DNA from: a virus
Taxonomy: Duplodnaviria; Caudoviricetes
Length of the DNA stretch: 64,000 nucleotides
IMG/VR virus record: IMGVR_UViG_3300010266_000007
Coordinates: 2,012-66,011 of that record
Direction: 5' to 3' (one strand)
Shown: one piece after another, positions 46,629 through 57,099 of the stretch
Layout: every line of letters starts with the position of its first letter
How positions within the stretch are numbered: position 1 is the stretch's first letter
Position numbers and translations under genes: made by a program
The notes under the pieces: model-generated
Told to the model about the DNA's origin: nothing
Seen by the model: only the letters and a program-made list of their open reading frames with translations
Databases searched by the model: none

Positions 46629-49600
46629 ATGGTAGTTGATTTCTCAAAGATAGACCTGCGGGAACCGCCAATGTTGATTCTTAAAAATACGACCGATGTG
46701 CCGATTGGCGTGCTGGGCTATGCCATGAATATCACTGCTGATATTAAATATGATGAAGCCTCTGTGATTGAGTTTAATCTTCCCGCACAGGTGGATGGTG
46801 AGCCTACACCGTATTATGATGCGGTCATTGGTATGCGCATTGTTGAACTGCAGAATATCGGGCAGTTCATCCTTGTGAACCCCAAAGAAACCGGCGACGG
46901 TGTGAAGAAAATAAAGGCGTGCAAGGGCTACTCCCTTGAGTACGAGTTCACTTTCAAGAAGCTCTCGCTGGCAAACGCCACCTATAATTTCTGGAACCCT
47001 GTTACACCGGACAGCACCTTGCTTGGCATTATCCTTGAGCTAATGCCATCATGGAGCATTGGAAGCATTGACAGCAACCTTGTCGGTAAGTATCGCACCT
47101 TTGAGGTCTCCGATGAGAATCTCTATAACTTTATCAAGGGAACGATACAGACTTCCTATAACTGCATTTTTGACTTTGATACCTATAACCGAAGAATCAA
47201 TGTAAAGGATGCATCCTCTACAGTACCGACCAATCCGATTTATATTTCCAACGCCAACCTTGCAAAAGAAATTACGGTTGAGGAGAACACGGAGAGTATC
47301 GTCACTCGACTGGATGTCAACGGCGCCGATGGTGTGAATATTCGTGATGTAAACCCAAGTGGAACCAATCAAATCATCAATCTGGATTACTTCATGAATA
47401 CCGATAACTTCGACCAGACATTGATTGACAAATACTATGCGTGGAAAGAAAGCTATGCAAACTATCAGCTCCCTTACTACAACCTGTCTGTGGAATATGT
47501 TCTGCAAATCATGCGTAAAACCACGGAGCAGACAGCGTTGGTGGAGTTGGAGAGCGAACGGACTGTTCTGGAAAATGAACAGGCAATCATCATCCAGAGT
47601 ATTGCACGAGACCTTGTGCCTCAGAGTAAGTTGGATGATGTAAATGCCAGACTTGCCGCAAAGCAAGCTGAAATCAATGCCAAGAACGAAGAAATCAAAG
47701 GCATTGAAGCACAGGCGGCATCCATATACAGTGAGTTGGTTACGATAAATAAAGCGGCCAATTTCAAGTCCTACTTCACACAGGAAGAGTATTTGCAGCT
47801 TGACCGATATTTGAAGGATGACGCTGTATCAGAGAGCAGCTTTGTAGCACAGACAACCGATTCCTATGCCGATGAAGATACCGGCAATCATGTTGTCAAC
47901 AAGCTGATTGGTATTAGCGACGCCAGCATTACTTATGTGACCAATACACGCAACAAGGAAATCTATGATGTCAAGGGCGGTAGAATCAAATCCGACTTTA
48001 TTGACGCAGAGATTATCAGCGCGGCATTTGAAAAAGCGCCAAACAACAGTTTTGTGATGACGGCATATCTCGGTGCAGGTGTAACGGGCGACCGGTCTTT
48101 CCCGAAGGGGTGTATCTCTTTGACGGGAACGGTGTCTTCCGTCGCGCACGATATGAAGGCAGACGCTGAAATCCCTGACCTGTTGGTCGGCTCGAAGCTG
48201 GATATTACGGTCAGCGAGGGGTATCTATACTTCACGCTGAATACCAGCGAGTATGAAAAGCGTGCTGTCGCATGGGATTTGTTTGAATACGGCAACGAGA
48301 TTCTGACCAAGGTATCGCAACCCTCCTACACATTCGGCGTAACAAGCGCAAACTTCTTGTGTCTTGACGATTTCGTGAAGTTCAAGAATAAGCTGCGGCA
48401 CGGCGAAAAGCTCTATGTCGGCATCAGCGAGGACGAGACGCTGGCTCCTATCTGTGTAGGCGTGAAAGTGAGCTTTGATTCTCCCAATGACCTGACGCTG
48501 GAGTTCAGCGACACCTACACCTCTGGTGATAGTTCATTCCTGTTGGCTGATTTGCTGGAGCAAAGCGTCTCAATGGGTAAGAGCGTAGACCTGAATAAGT
48601 ACAACTACTCTGCGTTTATGGACAGCGGGGCTTCTACCAAGGTCAAAGATTTTATGCAGACGGCGTTGGATGTATCCAAGAACGCAATCATGTCTTCTAA
48701 GGAGCAGGCCATCTCGTGGGGCGATTCCGGTATCCGGCTGCGCAAGTGGAGCGATGAAGCGCATACAGAGTATGAACCGAAGCAGGTGTGGCTGAACAAC
48801 AACAGCATTCTGATGACCAGCAACAACTGGTCAACGGCAGAGCTGGCTATTGGTAACTTCTACGATGAGAACCTCGGGGATTGCTGGGGCATCGTTGCTC
48901 CCAATATTGTTGGTACTTTGCTCGCTGGCAGCAACCTTGTTATCGAGAGCGCAAAGCAGGATGGCGGCGTATCGGTGTTCAAGGTAGATACCGAGGGGTG
49001 TGTATTGCACAACAGCAACTTCAGCATCACCAACGAGAAGAGCAACTCGCATATTCTCTTAGACCCGATGCATGGTCTGATGATTGGTAAGTATCCGCTT
49101 ATCAACAATAAGGGTGTCGTAGACGACGATAAGAAGCTTTTCTATGCGGATACTAACGGCAACCTGACACTGAAAGGCACCATCTACGCTACAGCCGGTT
49201 CTTTTAGTGGCGAAGTCACTGCGCTGAGTGGATACATCGGCCAGCCGTCACAGGGTTGGACTATTATCAGCGATGCAATTTACAACGGGAAGCCTTCGTT
49301 CTCCAGTACCACTTCCGGCATCTATATTGGAACGGACGGCATTTCTCTTGGAACGGCAAGCAACTATATCCGCGCCAATAAGAACGGCTACCTGCTTGCA
49401 AACAATGTGAGCATTTCTGGCAAGGTTGAGGCAACCAGCGGTATTATTGGCGGCTGCGAAATCTCCAATGGAACGCTGCAGGTCAGCAATGCAAACATCG
49501 TCAGTATCAATGCCAGCAAGATTACGGCAGGCACTATGTCAGCCGACAGAATCAGCGGCGGTACGATTGATGCGACTGATGTGACCATCAAGAACCTGAA

Positions 49601-50159
49601 CGCCAGTAATATTACATCGGGCACCATCAACGGCAATATTATCAAGGTGACGAACCTGAACGCAAGCAACATCACTTCTGGTACGCTGAATTGTACCAAT
49701 GTTACCGTTACCAACCTTCGGGCAGATAGCATTACTGTTGGCAAGCTGACGGCAAGCCAAATATCGGGACTGCCTGCGAGCCAAATTACCTCTGGTCAGT
49801 TTAACACGCAGAGAATCCCGGAGCTTAATTGCAGCAAGATTACTTCCGGTACTTTTGACCCGGTGCGTATTCCGAACCTGTCTGCAGATAAGATTACAAC
49901 GGGCACGCTTTCCGCAAACAGAATCAGAGGCGGCGCCTTATCTGGATGTTCCATCAGCATCGGAAGTTTTAGTGTCAATTCTTCCGGGCAAGTGTCATTG
50001 GGCTATGTAAGAGATATGTCCATTTATGGGTATTGCCGCACACGAGGCTGGGCTACATATACTGGTATCTCTGACTCAATTCCGTACATGAACAATACGA
50101 TTGACCAGTGGCTATTGTATGTTGTCAAAGGCATTGTTGTTGGATATTCAAACAATTAA
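46629..50159 (+). CDS. Baseplate hub / tail spike protein with C-terminal beta-helix repeats
   Basis: 1176 aa; N-terminal hub-like region, coiled coil, repeated (N/S)ASxITSGT units at about 49.5-49.95 kb. Confidence 0.75.
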   Translation: MVVDFSKIDLREPPMLILKNTTDVPIGVLGYAMNITADIKYDEASVIEFNLPAQVDGEPTPYYDAVIGMRIVELQNIGQFILVNPKETGDGVKKIKACKGYSLEYEFTFKKLSLANATYNFWNPVTPDSTLLGIILELMPSWSIGSIDSNLVGKYRTFEVSDENLYNFIKGTIQTSYNCIFDFDTYNRRINVKDASSTVPTNPIYISNANLAKEITVEENTESIVTRLDVNGADGVNIRDVNPSGTNQIINLDYFMNTDNFDQTLIDKYYAWKESYANYQLPYYNLSVEYVLQIMRKTTEQTALVELESERTVLENEQAIIIQSIARDLVPQSKLDDVNARLAAKQAEINAKNEEIKGIEAQAASIYSELVTINKAANFKSYFTQEEYLQLDRYLKDDAVSESSFVAQTTDSYADEDTGNHVVNKLIGISDASITYVTNTRNKEIYDVKGGRIKSDFIDAEIISAAFEKAPNNSFVMTAYLGAGVTGDRSFPKGCISLTGTVSSVAHDMKADAEIPDLLVGSKLDITVSEGYLYFTLNTSEYEKRAVAWDLFEYGNEILTKVSQPSYTFGVTSANFLCLDDFVKFKNKLRHGEKLYVGISEDETLAPICVGVKVSFDSPNDLTLEFSDTYTSGDSSFLLADLLEQSVSMGKSVDLNKYNYSAFMDSGASTKVKDFMQTALDVSKNAIMSSKEQAISWGDSGIRLRKWSDEAHTEYEPKQVWLNNNSILMTSNNWSTAELAIGNFYDENLGDCWGIVAPNIVGTLLAGSNLVIESAKQDGGVSVFKVDTEGCVLHNSNFSITNEKSNSHILLDPMHGLMIGKYPLINNKGVVDDDKKLFYADTNGNLTLKGTIYATAGSFSGEVTALSGYIGQPSQGWTIISDAIYNGKPSFSSTTSGIYIGTDGISLGTASNYIRANKNGYLLANNVSISGKVEATSGIIGGCEISNGTLQVSNANIVSINASKITAGTMSADRISGGTIDATDVTIKNLNASNITSGTINGNIIKVTNLNASNITSGTLNCTNVTVTNLRADSITVGKLTASQISGLPASQITSGQFNTQRIPELNCSKITSGTFDPVRIPNLSADKITTGTLSANRIRGGALSGCSISIGSFSVNSSGQVSLGYVRDMSIYGYCRTRGWATYTGISDSIPYMNNTIDQWLLYVVKGIVVGYSNN

Positions 50160-50170
50160 GGAGAGCGATT

Positions 50171-50395
50171 ATGAAAGCAGCCGATTTAATTAAGGAAGTG
50201 CGCAGTAGCACACAGCTACTGTGGGATTCCCATATGCGTTATATCGAGTCTGGCGGAGAGGTGGGTATGCCTTGTTTTACGCCAGACATATTGAAGCAAA
50301 AGTTAGACCGTACTGACAGAGACATCATTGAACAGGGGTTGGCAAAAGGCGTTTATATTGAGGATGCTGAAGAATATCTTGCCAAACTTGGCTGA
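50171..50395 (+). CDS. Hypothetical protein
   Basis: ATG after AAGGAG. Confidence 0.55.
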   Translation: MKAADLIKEVRSSTQLLWDSHMRYIESGGEVGMPCFTPDILKQKLDRTDRDIIEQGLAKGVYIEDAEEYLAKLG

Positions 50396-50426
50396 TTTGT
50401 CTCAGTGTGTAAGAAAGGAAAAGAGT

Positions 50427-50792
50427 ATGATTCAAGAAAAGATTAGCAGAGCCTATGAGTCTCTTATGAAACTGAACAACTTCAAGCTGCCTGTTAAAAA
50501 GGCGTATGCGGTATATAAGCTGGTTCAGGCAGCTGACAGTGCCTATCAGTTTGCGCTCACGGAGGAGCGCAAGTATCTGGACGAGTTCCACGGAACGCTG
50601 AAGGAGGACGGGAATATCACATTCCTGACTCCCAGCGACTGCACCGCATTCAAAGCAAAGCTGGATGAGCTGTGCAATATGGAAGTGGACATTGCAATCG
50701 AGGTTGTTAAGCTGGACGAAAAAGACCTGGGTGAGCAAACGCTTTCGCCTGCGGACATTTTCAATTTGGAGGGCTTTGTTGACTTTACATAA
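50427..50792 (+). CDS. Hypothetical protein
   Basis: ATG after AAAGGA. Confidence 0.6.
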   Translation: MIQEKISRAYESLMKLNNFKLPVKKAYAVYKLVQAADSAYQFALTEERKYLDEFHGTLKEDGNITFLTPSDCTAFKAKLDELCNMEVDIAIEVVKLDEKDLGEQTLSPADIFNLEGFVDFT

Positions 50793-50809
50793 TCGCAAGG
50801 AGGTGGACT

Positions 50810-51613
50810 ATGGCGTTTTGGGGAACCGAGTTCATTTTTGATGATATTCCCTGCTCCGAGTTCGGACTCATGGTTTACCACTTCGGTTCAAGCGGACAGG
50901 ATGATGTGAATTTCCAGAACGGAGAAATCGTTGAGGATAGGATTCCGGGGAGATACGATGCGCTTACCTATGGGCTGGTGCAGAATCAGTCGTTGGAATA
51001 TACGCTGGTTTTCGGGGCGAACATGGAGTCCCTTGATGCAAACGCAAGCCTGGACAGGTTTGAGGTGGAGGCGATTGCCACATGGCTCACTGGGCACAGT
51101 ACAAGAAAATGGCTTGTAATTGTGCAGGACGATATGGAGCCGTTTCGGTATAAGTGTACAATTTCAGAACTGAAGCTGATAACCTACGGCGATTTGCCGT
51201 GGGCTTTTTCGTGCAAGGTAAGCTGCGATTCTCCGTTTGCCTATACTCTGCCAGATGAGTACACCTATGCGGTCAGCGGTCAGTCACAGGTTCGTCTTTT
51301 TAACCGGAGCAGCTACAATGGCTTTTACAGGCCGAAGCTGGAGATAACCATGTATGGCGGGGATAGCATCTCTATCCAGAACCTCTCGGACAACAACCGA
51401 ACATTTCAATTCAAAGGGCTGCCGGGAGGCCGCTCTTTGACCATATATGTAGACAACAAAAATCAGGTCATCACAAACAGCTTGGATTTGAACCTGTATC
51501 CATACTTCAACATGAAGTTCATGCGGCTCGTCAAAGGCGATAACTTGTTGAAGATAACCGGAAATGCCGAGGTGAAATTCATTTGTGAGTTCCCTGTGAA
51601 CATTGGAGGGTAA
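50810..51613 (+). CDS. Distal tail (Dit-like) protein
   Basis: 267 aa; CDSPFAY and LVKGDNLLKI motifs typical of siphophage Dit. Confidence 0.7.
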   Translation: MAFWGTEFIFDDIPCSEFGLMVYHFGSSGQDDVNFQNGEIVEDRIPGRYDALTYGLVQNQSLEYTLVFGANMESLDANASLDRFEVEAIATWLTGHSTRKWLVIVQDDMEPFRYKCTISELKLITYGDLPWAFSCKVSCDSPFAYTLPDEYTYAVSGQSQVRLFNRSSYNGFYRPKLEITMYGGDSISIQNLSDNNRTFQFKGLPGGRSLTIYVDNKNQVITNSLDLNLYPYFNMKFMRLVKGDNLLKITGNAEVKFICEFPVNIGG

Positions 51614-51996
51614 TGATGATTAACAATGTTTACAGTTTGCCGGAGCTTGACTTTGTCGGCGGCTCTTCTGAGGACTTGGTGTTTCATGTGTATTATGGTA
51701 AGACCAACCCGAAGCCGTTTGGATTGACGGGCTGTACGGCAAACTTTTCTATTGTCAACTTTGTGAACAAGAACGGTGCGCCTGTGGTTTCAAAAACTAT
51801 GACTGTCCGTATGGACGAGGCGGAGACCTTTTACAATATCCTGTTCGTATCACTTGAACCGGATGACACCGTTGATTTGTTCGGAAAGTTTGTGTACCAA
51901 ATCACGATTAAGGATATTGACAACAATGTAGATATCCCCCAGCAGGGCGTTATCTACATCCATAACAATATCAACAAGGACTTTGCACGAAAATAA
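51613..51996 (+). CDS. BppU-like baseplate protein
   Basis: 127 aa beta-sandwich; GKFVYQITIKD...PQQG. Confidence 0.55.
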   Translation: MMINNVYSLPELDFVGGSSEDLVFHVYYGKTNPKPFGLTGCTANFSIVNFVNKNGAPVVSKTMTVRMDEAETFYNILFVSLEPDDTVDLFGKFVYQITIKDIDNNVDIPQQGVIYIHNNINKDFARK

Positions 51997-52034
51997 TCTT
52001 TGTTCTTAATCAGAAAATAGGAGGATAACCAGTT

Positions 52035-52442
52035 ATGAATACAACTTACTTCTTAAACCTGGCAGCGGGCAATCTTTTCGGAACCAAAACGACCCCTGAG
52101 ATTCCCAGCAGCTACTATATTGGCCTGAGCACTTCTGCGCCTAATGTCAATGGCACAAATGTGAATGAGCCTTCTACCTCTGCCGGTTACGCCAGAGTGC
52201 AGCTGACTACACTGAGCGAACCTGCATCCGGTGTTGTGACCAACACGCAGGCAATCAACTTCAACGAGAGTACTGCGGGCTGGGGCACTATCACTCACTT
52301 CGTTATCTACGACTCCGACACTGTCGGCAGCGGCAACCTTCTGATGTACGGCGTGTTGTCTACGCCCAGAAGCGTTGAGGCAGCAACCATCATGACCATT
52401 AAGGAAGGATATTTGAGCCTGTCTGCCCAGAATCCTGCGTAA
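52035..52442 (+). CDS. Minor tail protein
   Basis: YIGLST...GYARV...WGTITHFVIYD...GNLL. Confidence 0.7.
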   Translation: MNTTYFLNLAAGNLFGTKTTPEIPSSYYIGLSTSAPNVNGTNVNEPSTSAGYARVQLTTLSEPASGVVTNTQAINFNESTAGWGTITHFVIYDSDTVGSGNLLMYGVLSTPRSVEAATIMTIKEGYLSLSAQNPA

Positions 52443-52459
52443 CAAGGAGCTGATGCAAT

Positions 52460-53386
52460 ATGGCAAAGGAGTTTGATATTTATCTGAAAAGGCGCATCAC
52501 AGAATGTGACCTTATCGTCTACTCCCTTCCATATCGTGACGGTCTCACAGCAACCAACCGTATCATTCTGGAAAGCTGCCTTGAAAGCTATACCTTACAA
52601 AAGTTTGTAGCGATGCAGCTCGGCTCCGAGTTGGTCTCACACATCGACAAGATGATTAAGACCTGCTATGAGAGACTGAACTGGGGCACGACAATCGACG
52701 CCAACGCAGCGTTTCAAACGCTCTACACCATGAACCCGGAATCCAGCATTGTGGAACTGGCCGTTGAGGACATTCCTGCTTTGGAAACGATGTTTGCAGA
52801 GGCGGAAAGTCGCATGGTTTTGAATGCGGCTCCGCTTCTTGCGAATATTGCCAAGTCTCTTGGCTATGGACAGACCGCCATTGCGTTTGACGGCGGTGTT
52901 CGTGACACTTTGAAATGGGGACTGATGTCCCCAAGAGACCGTGTCATATTGGATGCGGCTGTATCTGGAACGCAGGCAGTTGATTACCTCAAGGTGGATG
53001 CGCCGGTGGTGCTGGGAGCAGAAATGGTGAACCTTTGCTACCGTATAACGAGCGCAGCCAGTACGGCTATAGAAATTGCCGCCCTTGTTCTTGGCACAGA
53101 ACTGCACTTCTCCTTTGGCCGAGCGTATGGCGGTATGGCCTTTGGCGCAAAAGTTTTCGGTGAGCATATGCAGAAATACGAAATCGTAGAAAACAACCTT
53201 CGTATTCTGACGGATGTTACAGAGTCCATCAGGCAGTTTGTTGGCACAGAAGGAAGTACGGTTGACCTTACCGTGAATGCAAGCACTATTCTGAAGCGTC
53301 ATAGGCTGCTTGCTGAAATGGATGCAGACGAGCTTTCAGAGTATGACGACATGACGCTGGACGAAGTTGACTTCGTCATTCTATAG
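52460..53386 (+). CDS. Hypothetical tail-region protein
   Basis: 308 aa, RBS AAGGAG. Confidence 0.7.
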   Translation: MAKEFDIYLKRRITECDLIVYSLPYRDGLTATNRIILESCLESYTLQKFVAMQLGSELVSHIDKMIKTCYERLNWGTTIDANAAFQTLYTMNPESSIVELAVEDIPALETMFAEAESRMVLNAAPLLANIAKSLGYGQTAIAFDGGVRDTLKWGLMSPRDRVILDAAVSGTQAVDYLKVDAPVVLGAEMVNLCYRITSAASTAIEIAALVLGTELHFSFGRAYGGMAFGAKVFGEHMQKYEIVENNLRILTDVTESIRQFVGTEGSTVDLTVNASTILKRHRLLAEMDADELSEYDDMTLDEVDFVIL

Positions 53387-53403
53387 CAATGGAGGTGATA
53401 TGA

Positions 53404-54063
53404 GTGATTTATATCAAGCTGGACGAGAGTATGAATCTCGTTATGACAGTGAATGAGCCGATTTACCGGGGTGACAATCTGAATCAGAAAATCACCTATC
53501 TGATTCCACTGCGGGTTGGTGAAGTGGATATGCTGACTGCTACTCCGTATCTGAGCTACATTCGTGCAGACGGCGTGGCTGATATTGTTCGGCTGGAGCG
53601 AACGGAGGAAAAATATAAAGAGGCCTATTACCAGTATGTCTTTCCTGTGTCCTGCCGGTTGAGCAAGTATCCGGGCGAGGTATGTACATGGCTGCAGATT
53701 TTTTCTGGAACTCCCTCTAACCCGACAATCGCCAAGAGCGGTGAATGTCTGCTGTATGTGGAGGAGTCCAAGAACATGGACGATTATATCTGCGACCATC
53801 AGCTTTCTGCTATCTACGCCTTGCAGAAACAGACGGAAACGACAGAAAGCGGCGTGGAGACCATCCGTGTGGAAATGGAGAAAAAGGGCGACAACCTTGT
53901 TTATGATTCCGAAAAGAAGGTCTTGCAGATGTCTTCTAACGGCAAGCCGGTCGGCGACCCAATCGATATGAGCGAGATGGTCAATGATGACGAGACAATT
54001 CATTTCGGAGAGGAAGACAACGACCCGTCGGCAGATGCCGATGCGGTCATTTATTTTGGCTAA
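53404..54063 (+). CDS. BppU-like tail protein
   Basis: 219 aa, RBS GGAGG. Confidence 0.6.
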   Translation: MIYIKLDESMNLVMTVNEPIYRGDNLNQKITYLIPLRVGEVDMLTATPYLSYIRADGVADIVRLERTEEKYKEAYYQYVFPVSCRLSKYPGEVCTWLQIFSGTPSNPTIAKSGECLLYVEESKNMDDYICDHQLSAIYALQKQTETTESGVETIRVEMEKKGDNLVYDSEKKVLQMSSNGKPVGDPIDMSEMVNDDETIHFGEEDNDPSADADAVIYFG

Positions 54064-54079
54064 TGGGAGGTGAGATGAG

Positions 54080-54442
54080 ATGGGTGTAAGAGTTGCATAC
54101 GGCAAGCGGTCAAAGATTACTGATGCGATTGCTGCGGGTGTGATACCAAAGGATAGTTTGATTATCACAAGCGACGCAGAGGAGTCAGAGTTGTTCTTCT
54201 ATGACGCTGCCGGTAATATGAAGCGCATCTCTGAGCGCAAGCAGTTTGCGACCATTAGCGAAGCGCAGGCATGGGTAGATGCCTATGGCTGCGATGGAAA
54301 TATTATTTCTGTGCATAACGGCTCTGACTGGGTGCCTTACATTGTTTCTGACGAAGGTGCATTAACCCCTGTTGGTTCCGGTGAAATCAGTGTTGAGGAT
54401 ATTAAAACCATCGACGGCGGAACGGCGCACGGTATTCAATGA
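54080..54442 (+). CDS. Hypothetical tail-region protein
   Basis: 120 aa, RBS GGGAGG. Confidence 0.6.
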   Translation: MGVRVAYGKRSKITDAIAAGVIPKDSLIITSDAEESELFFYDAAGNMKRISERKQFATISEAQAWVDAYGCDGNIISVHNGSDWVPYIVSDEGALTPVGSGEISVEDIKTIDGGTAHGIQ

Positions 54443-54477
54443 GACCATTCTGCAAAATATTTTGAAGGAGGAAAGTT

Positions 54478-55710
54478 ATGCCTAATAAAACTATGAAGAC
54501 TAAAATTCAGGTTCGGCGTGACACCACGGCGAATTGGCTGACCAACAAAGATGTTGTGCCTGCCGCAGGCGAGCCCTGTTTTGACCTGGAACTGGGCACG
54601 CTCAAGATTGGCGACGGCATCACAAGCTATGAGAATCTGAAGGAAATCAGCGGCGGACAGGCCGCACATTATGAGGGCGTAAAGGGCGACGGCGAGAGCG
54701 ATACTGATGTTATCAGTCGCGTGTTGACAGCCGCTGGCGCCGATGCTCAGAAAGACGATATCTTTGTCGTCAAGGCGCTGATTGCCGGTGGCAAGTATTC
54801 CTATACTGCCTATGTCTATGATGGCAGCGTGTGGGCTGCTATGGATGGTAACTATAGCGCAGAGAATGTGTACTTCGCCGATGACCTTACCTATACAGCA
54901 GCCATCGGCGTTCTGACCGTTCCCAGTTCCGGCTCTGGTACGATTGCTGCCTCCGGCAAGAATGTCAAGGATGTACTGGCCTCTATTCTGGCGAAGGAAA
55001 AGAATCCTACCGCTACCCAGCCTGCCGTGACGATTACCTGCAAGCAGATTGCTGCGTATGAGGTTGGTTCAAAAGTAACTCCCGCATACACTGCTTCTCT
55101 GAGTGCAGGCAGCTATACATACGGCCCCGCAACTGGCATCACGGCTACCGCATGGAGTGTGACGGATGGCGCTGCCACCAAGGATACCGCCTCTGGTTCC
55201 TTTGATGAGCTGACGGTTGGCGATGCTACCAGCTATGCTATTACCGCTACGGCGACTCACGGTGAGGGTGCTGTTCCTGTAACGAATCTCGGCAACGAGT
55301 ATGCAGCCGGTAAGATTGCTGCCGGTAACAAGAGCAAGGCGACGGGCAAAATCACCGGTTATCGCAATAGCTTCTACGGTACGCTGGAGGCGAAGGACGG
55401 TGAGGTGAACTCTGCGCTGGTTCGCAGCCTGAGCGGCAAGAGCGGTAAGGCTCTGGCAGCTGGCAACAGCTTCAATCTTGCGATTCCTGTCGGTGCAATC
55501 CGTGTTGTGTTTGCTTACCCTGCCACGCTGCGTGATGTCAGCTCTGTGCAGGATGTGAACGGTATGAACGCCGAAGTCAAGACCGCTTTCACCAAGAGCG
55601 TCGTCTCTGTTGAGGGCGCAAACGGCTATCAGGCGATTGACTACAAGGTGTATGTGATGGACATGGCAAATGCCAACGATACCGCCAACACCTACAAGGT
55701 CACAATTTAA
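54478..55710 (+). CDS. Tail fibre protein with Mtd_N/hyaluronate-lyase-N-like head
   Basis: KIQVRRDTTANW...PAAGEPC...KIGDG followed by Ala/Thr/Gly-rich beta domains. Confidence 0.7.
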   Translation: MPNKTMKTKIQVRRDTTANWLTNKDVVPAAGEPCFDLELGTLKIGDGITSYENLKEISGGQAAHYEGVKGDGESDTDVISRVLTAAGADAQKDDIFVVKALIAGGKYSYTAYVYDGSVWAAMDGNYSAENVYFADDLTYTAAIGVLTVPSSGSGTIAASGKNVKDVLASILAKEKNPTATQPAVTITCKQIAAYEVGSKVTPAYTASLSAGSYTYGPATGITATAWSVTDGAATKDTASGSFDELTVGDATSYAITATATHGEGAVPVTNLGNEYAAGKIAAGNKSKATGKITGYRNSFYGTLEAKDGEVNSALVRSLSGKSGKALAAGNSFNLAIPVGAIRVVFAYPATLRDVSSVQDVNGMNAEVKTAFTKSVVSVEGANGYQAIDYKVYVMDMANANDTANTYKVTI

Positions 55711-55727
55711 CATGGAGGTGACGCATA

Positions 55728-57023
55728 ATGGCTGATTTCGGTAAACTGAATTTTGCGGTTTCATTTAATCCGCAGACTGCGTTCCCTCTGGACGCACGGT
55801 ATTACTTCTCTACCCTGAGCGCCGCTCAGGCTGCCGCCGCTGCCGCTGTTGAAGTTGGTAGTTCGGACGGCGTTTATTTTTATGGTGAGAATGTCTGCGT
55901 TGTGACTGACTCTGCCGCAGACCTGTATATCATCCAGCCGGATAAAACTCTGAAGGCCGTCGGTACTGTTGTGCTGGGCGATGACAAGTCCATCGAAATT
56001 GTTGATGGCAAGGTCACGCTGAAAGGATTCAATTCCGCCACTGCTGGTCAGCAGCCCCGCATCAACGCGGCTGGTACTGCGTTGGAATGGTACACGCCTG
56101 ACACCAGCACCGTATCCGGTCTGGCTGACACGGTTGCAGGCCATACACAGGATATTCAGAATCTTCAGACCGGCAAAGCTGATAAGGCCACAACGCTGGA
56201 GGGTTACGGCATCACGGATGCTATGACCGCCACCGCAATCGCAGAGGCAATCCAGACGGCCATCGCCGCCACCGGTCATGCCAGTTTCAAGAAGGTTGGC
56301 ACTGTACCCACAGCGGCTGAGGCACAGGATAATGTTCTCTATCTTGTGATGAATGCTGACACCGGATTCTATGACATCTACGCTAAAGTAGAAAATGAAG
56401 TCGTCCGTCTGGATGATGTGAGCGTCAATCTTGATGGCTACTCCACCACCGAGCAGATGAATGAGGCGATTGCTACTGCTATTGCCAACAAGGTTGACAA
56501 GGTGGATGGCAAGGGTCTTTCCACTGAGGACTTCACGACTGCGCTGAAAGAGAAGCTGGTTGCTCTCTCTGATGATGCAGAAGCGAATTTCGTCAAGAGC
56601 GTTTCTGACGAGTTTACTGTTTCTGCGGAAGGCAAGCTCGAAGTCAAGGAGGTCGCCCAAGCCAAGGTTACTGGTCTGCCTGATGCTCTTGCTGGTAAGG
56701 TCGATAAGGTCGAGGGTAAGGGTCTGAGTACCAATGATTTTACCGATGAAGCAAAAGCAAAGCTCGATGGCGTAGAAGCTGGCGCAAACCAGAACCTGAT
56801 TGAAATCGTTAAGCTGAACGGCGCCGCTTTGGACATTTCCGAAAAGGCCGTCAATATTCCGGTTGCAGGTGTGACTGCGGGCGTTGTTACCAGCTCTGCC
56901 GATGAGAACAAGGTCGCCGTTGCGGAAGATGGCAGCATGGAGGTCAACAGCCTGAATATGAGCAAGCTGGTGCAGTCCGAGGGTGATACGCTGATTCTTG
57001 ATGGCGGCAACGCTTCTGTGTAA
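55728..57023 (+). CDS. Tail fibre-like protein
   Basis: PLDARYY N-terminus; two KVDKV(D/E)GKGLSTxDFT repeats. Confidence 0.7.
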   Translation: MADFGKLNFAVSFNPQTAFPLDARYYFSTLSAAQAAAAAAVEVGSSDGVYFYGENVCVVTDSAADLYIIQPDKTLKAVGTVVLGDDKSIEIVDGKVTLKGFNSATAGQQPRINAAGTALEWYTPDTSTVSGLADTVAGHTQDIQNLQTGKADKATTLEGYGITDAMTATAIAEAIQTAIAATGHASFKKVGTVPTAAEAQDNVLYLVMNADTGFYDIYAKVENEVVRLDDVSVNLDGYSTTEQMNEAIATAIANKVDKVDGKGLSTEDFTTALKEKLVALSDDAEANFVKSVSDEFTVSAEGKLEVKEVAQAKVTGLPDALAGKVDKVEGKGLSTNDFTDEAKAKLDGVEAGANQNLIEIVKLNGAALDISEKAVNIPVAGVTAGVVTSSADENKVAVAEDGSMEVNSLNMSKLVQSEGDTLILDGGNASV

Positions 57024-57040
57024 GCAAGCACATCGTTTAT

Positions 57041-57067
57041 GGGCGGGAGGTATATACTCTCCCGTCC
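57041..57067 (+). terminator. Stem-loop after fibre gene
   Basis: GGGCGGGAG-N9-CTCCCGTCC. Confidence 0.5.
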
Positions 57068-57099
57068 TATCTTTATAACAATGAAGAAGGGTGATTTAT

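Noticed and set aside
49500-49950. Repeats in the tail spike gene as a mobile or regulatory repeat
   Set aside because: Degenerate at DNA level and in frame; ordinary beta-helix protein repeats.
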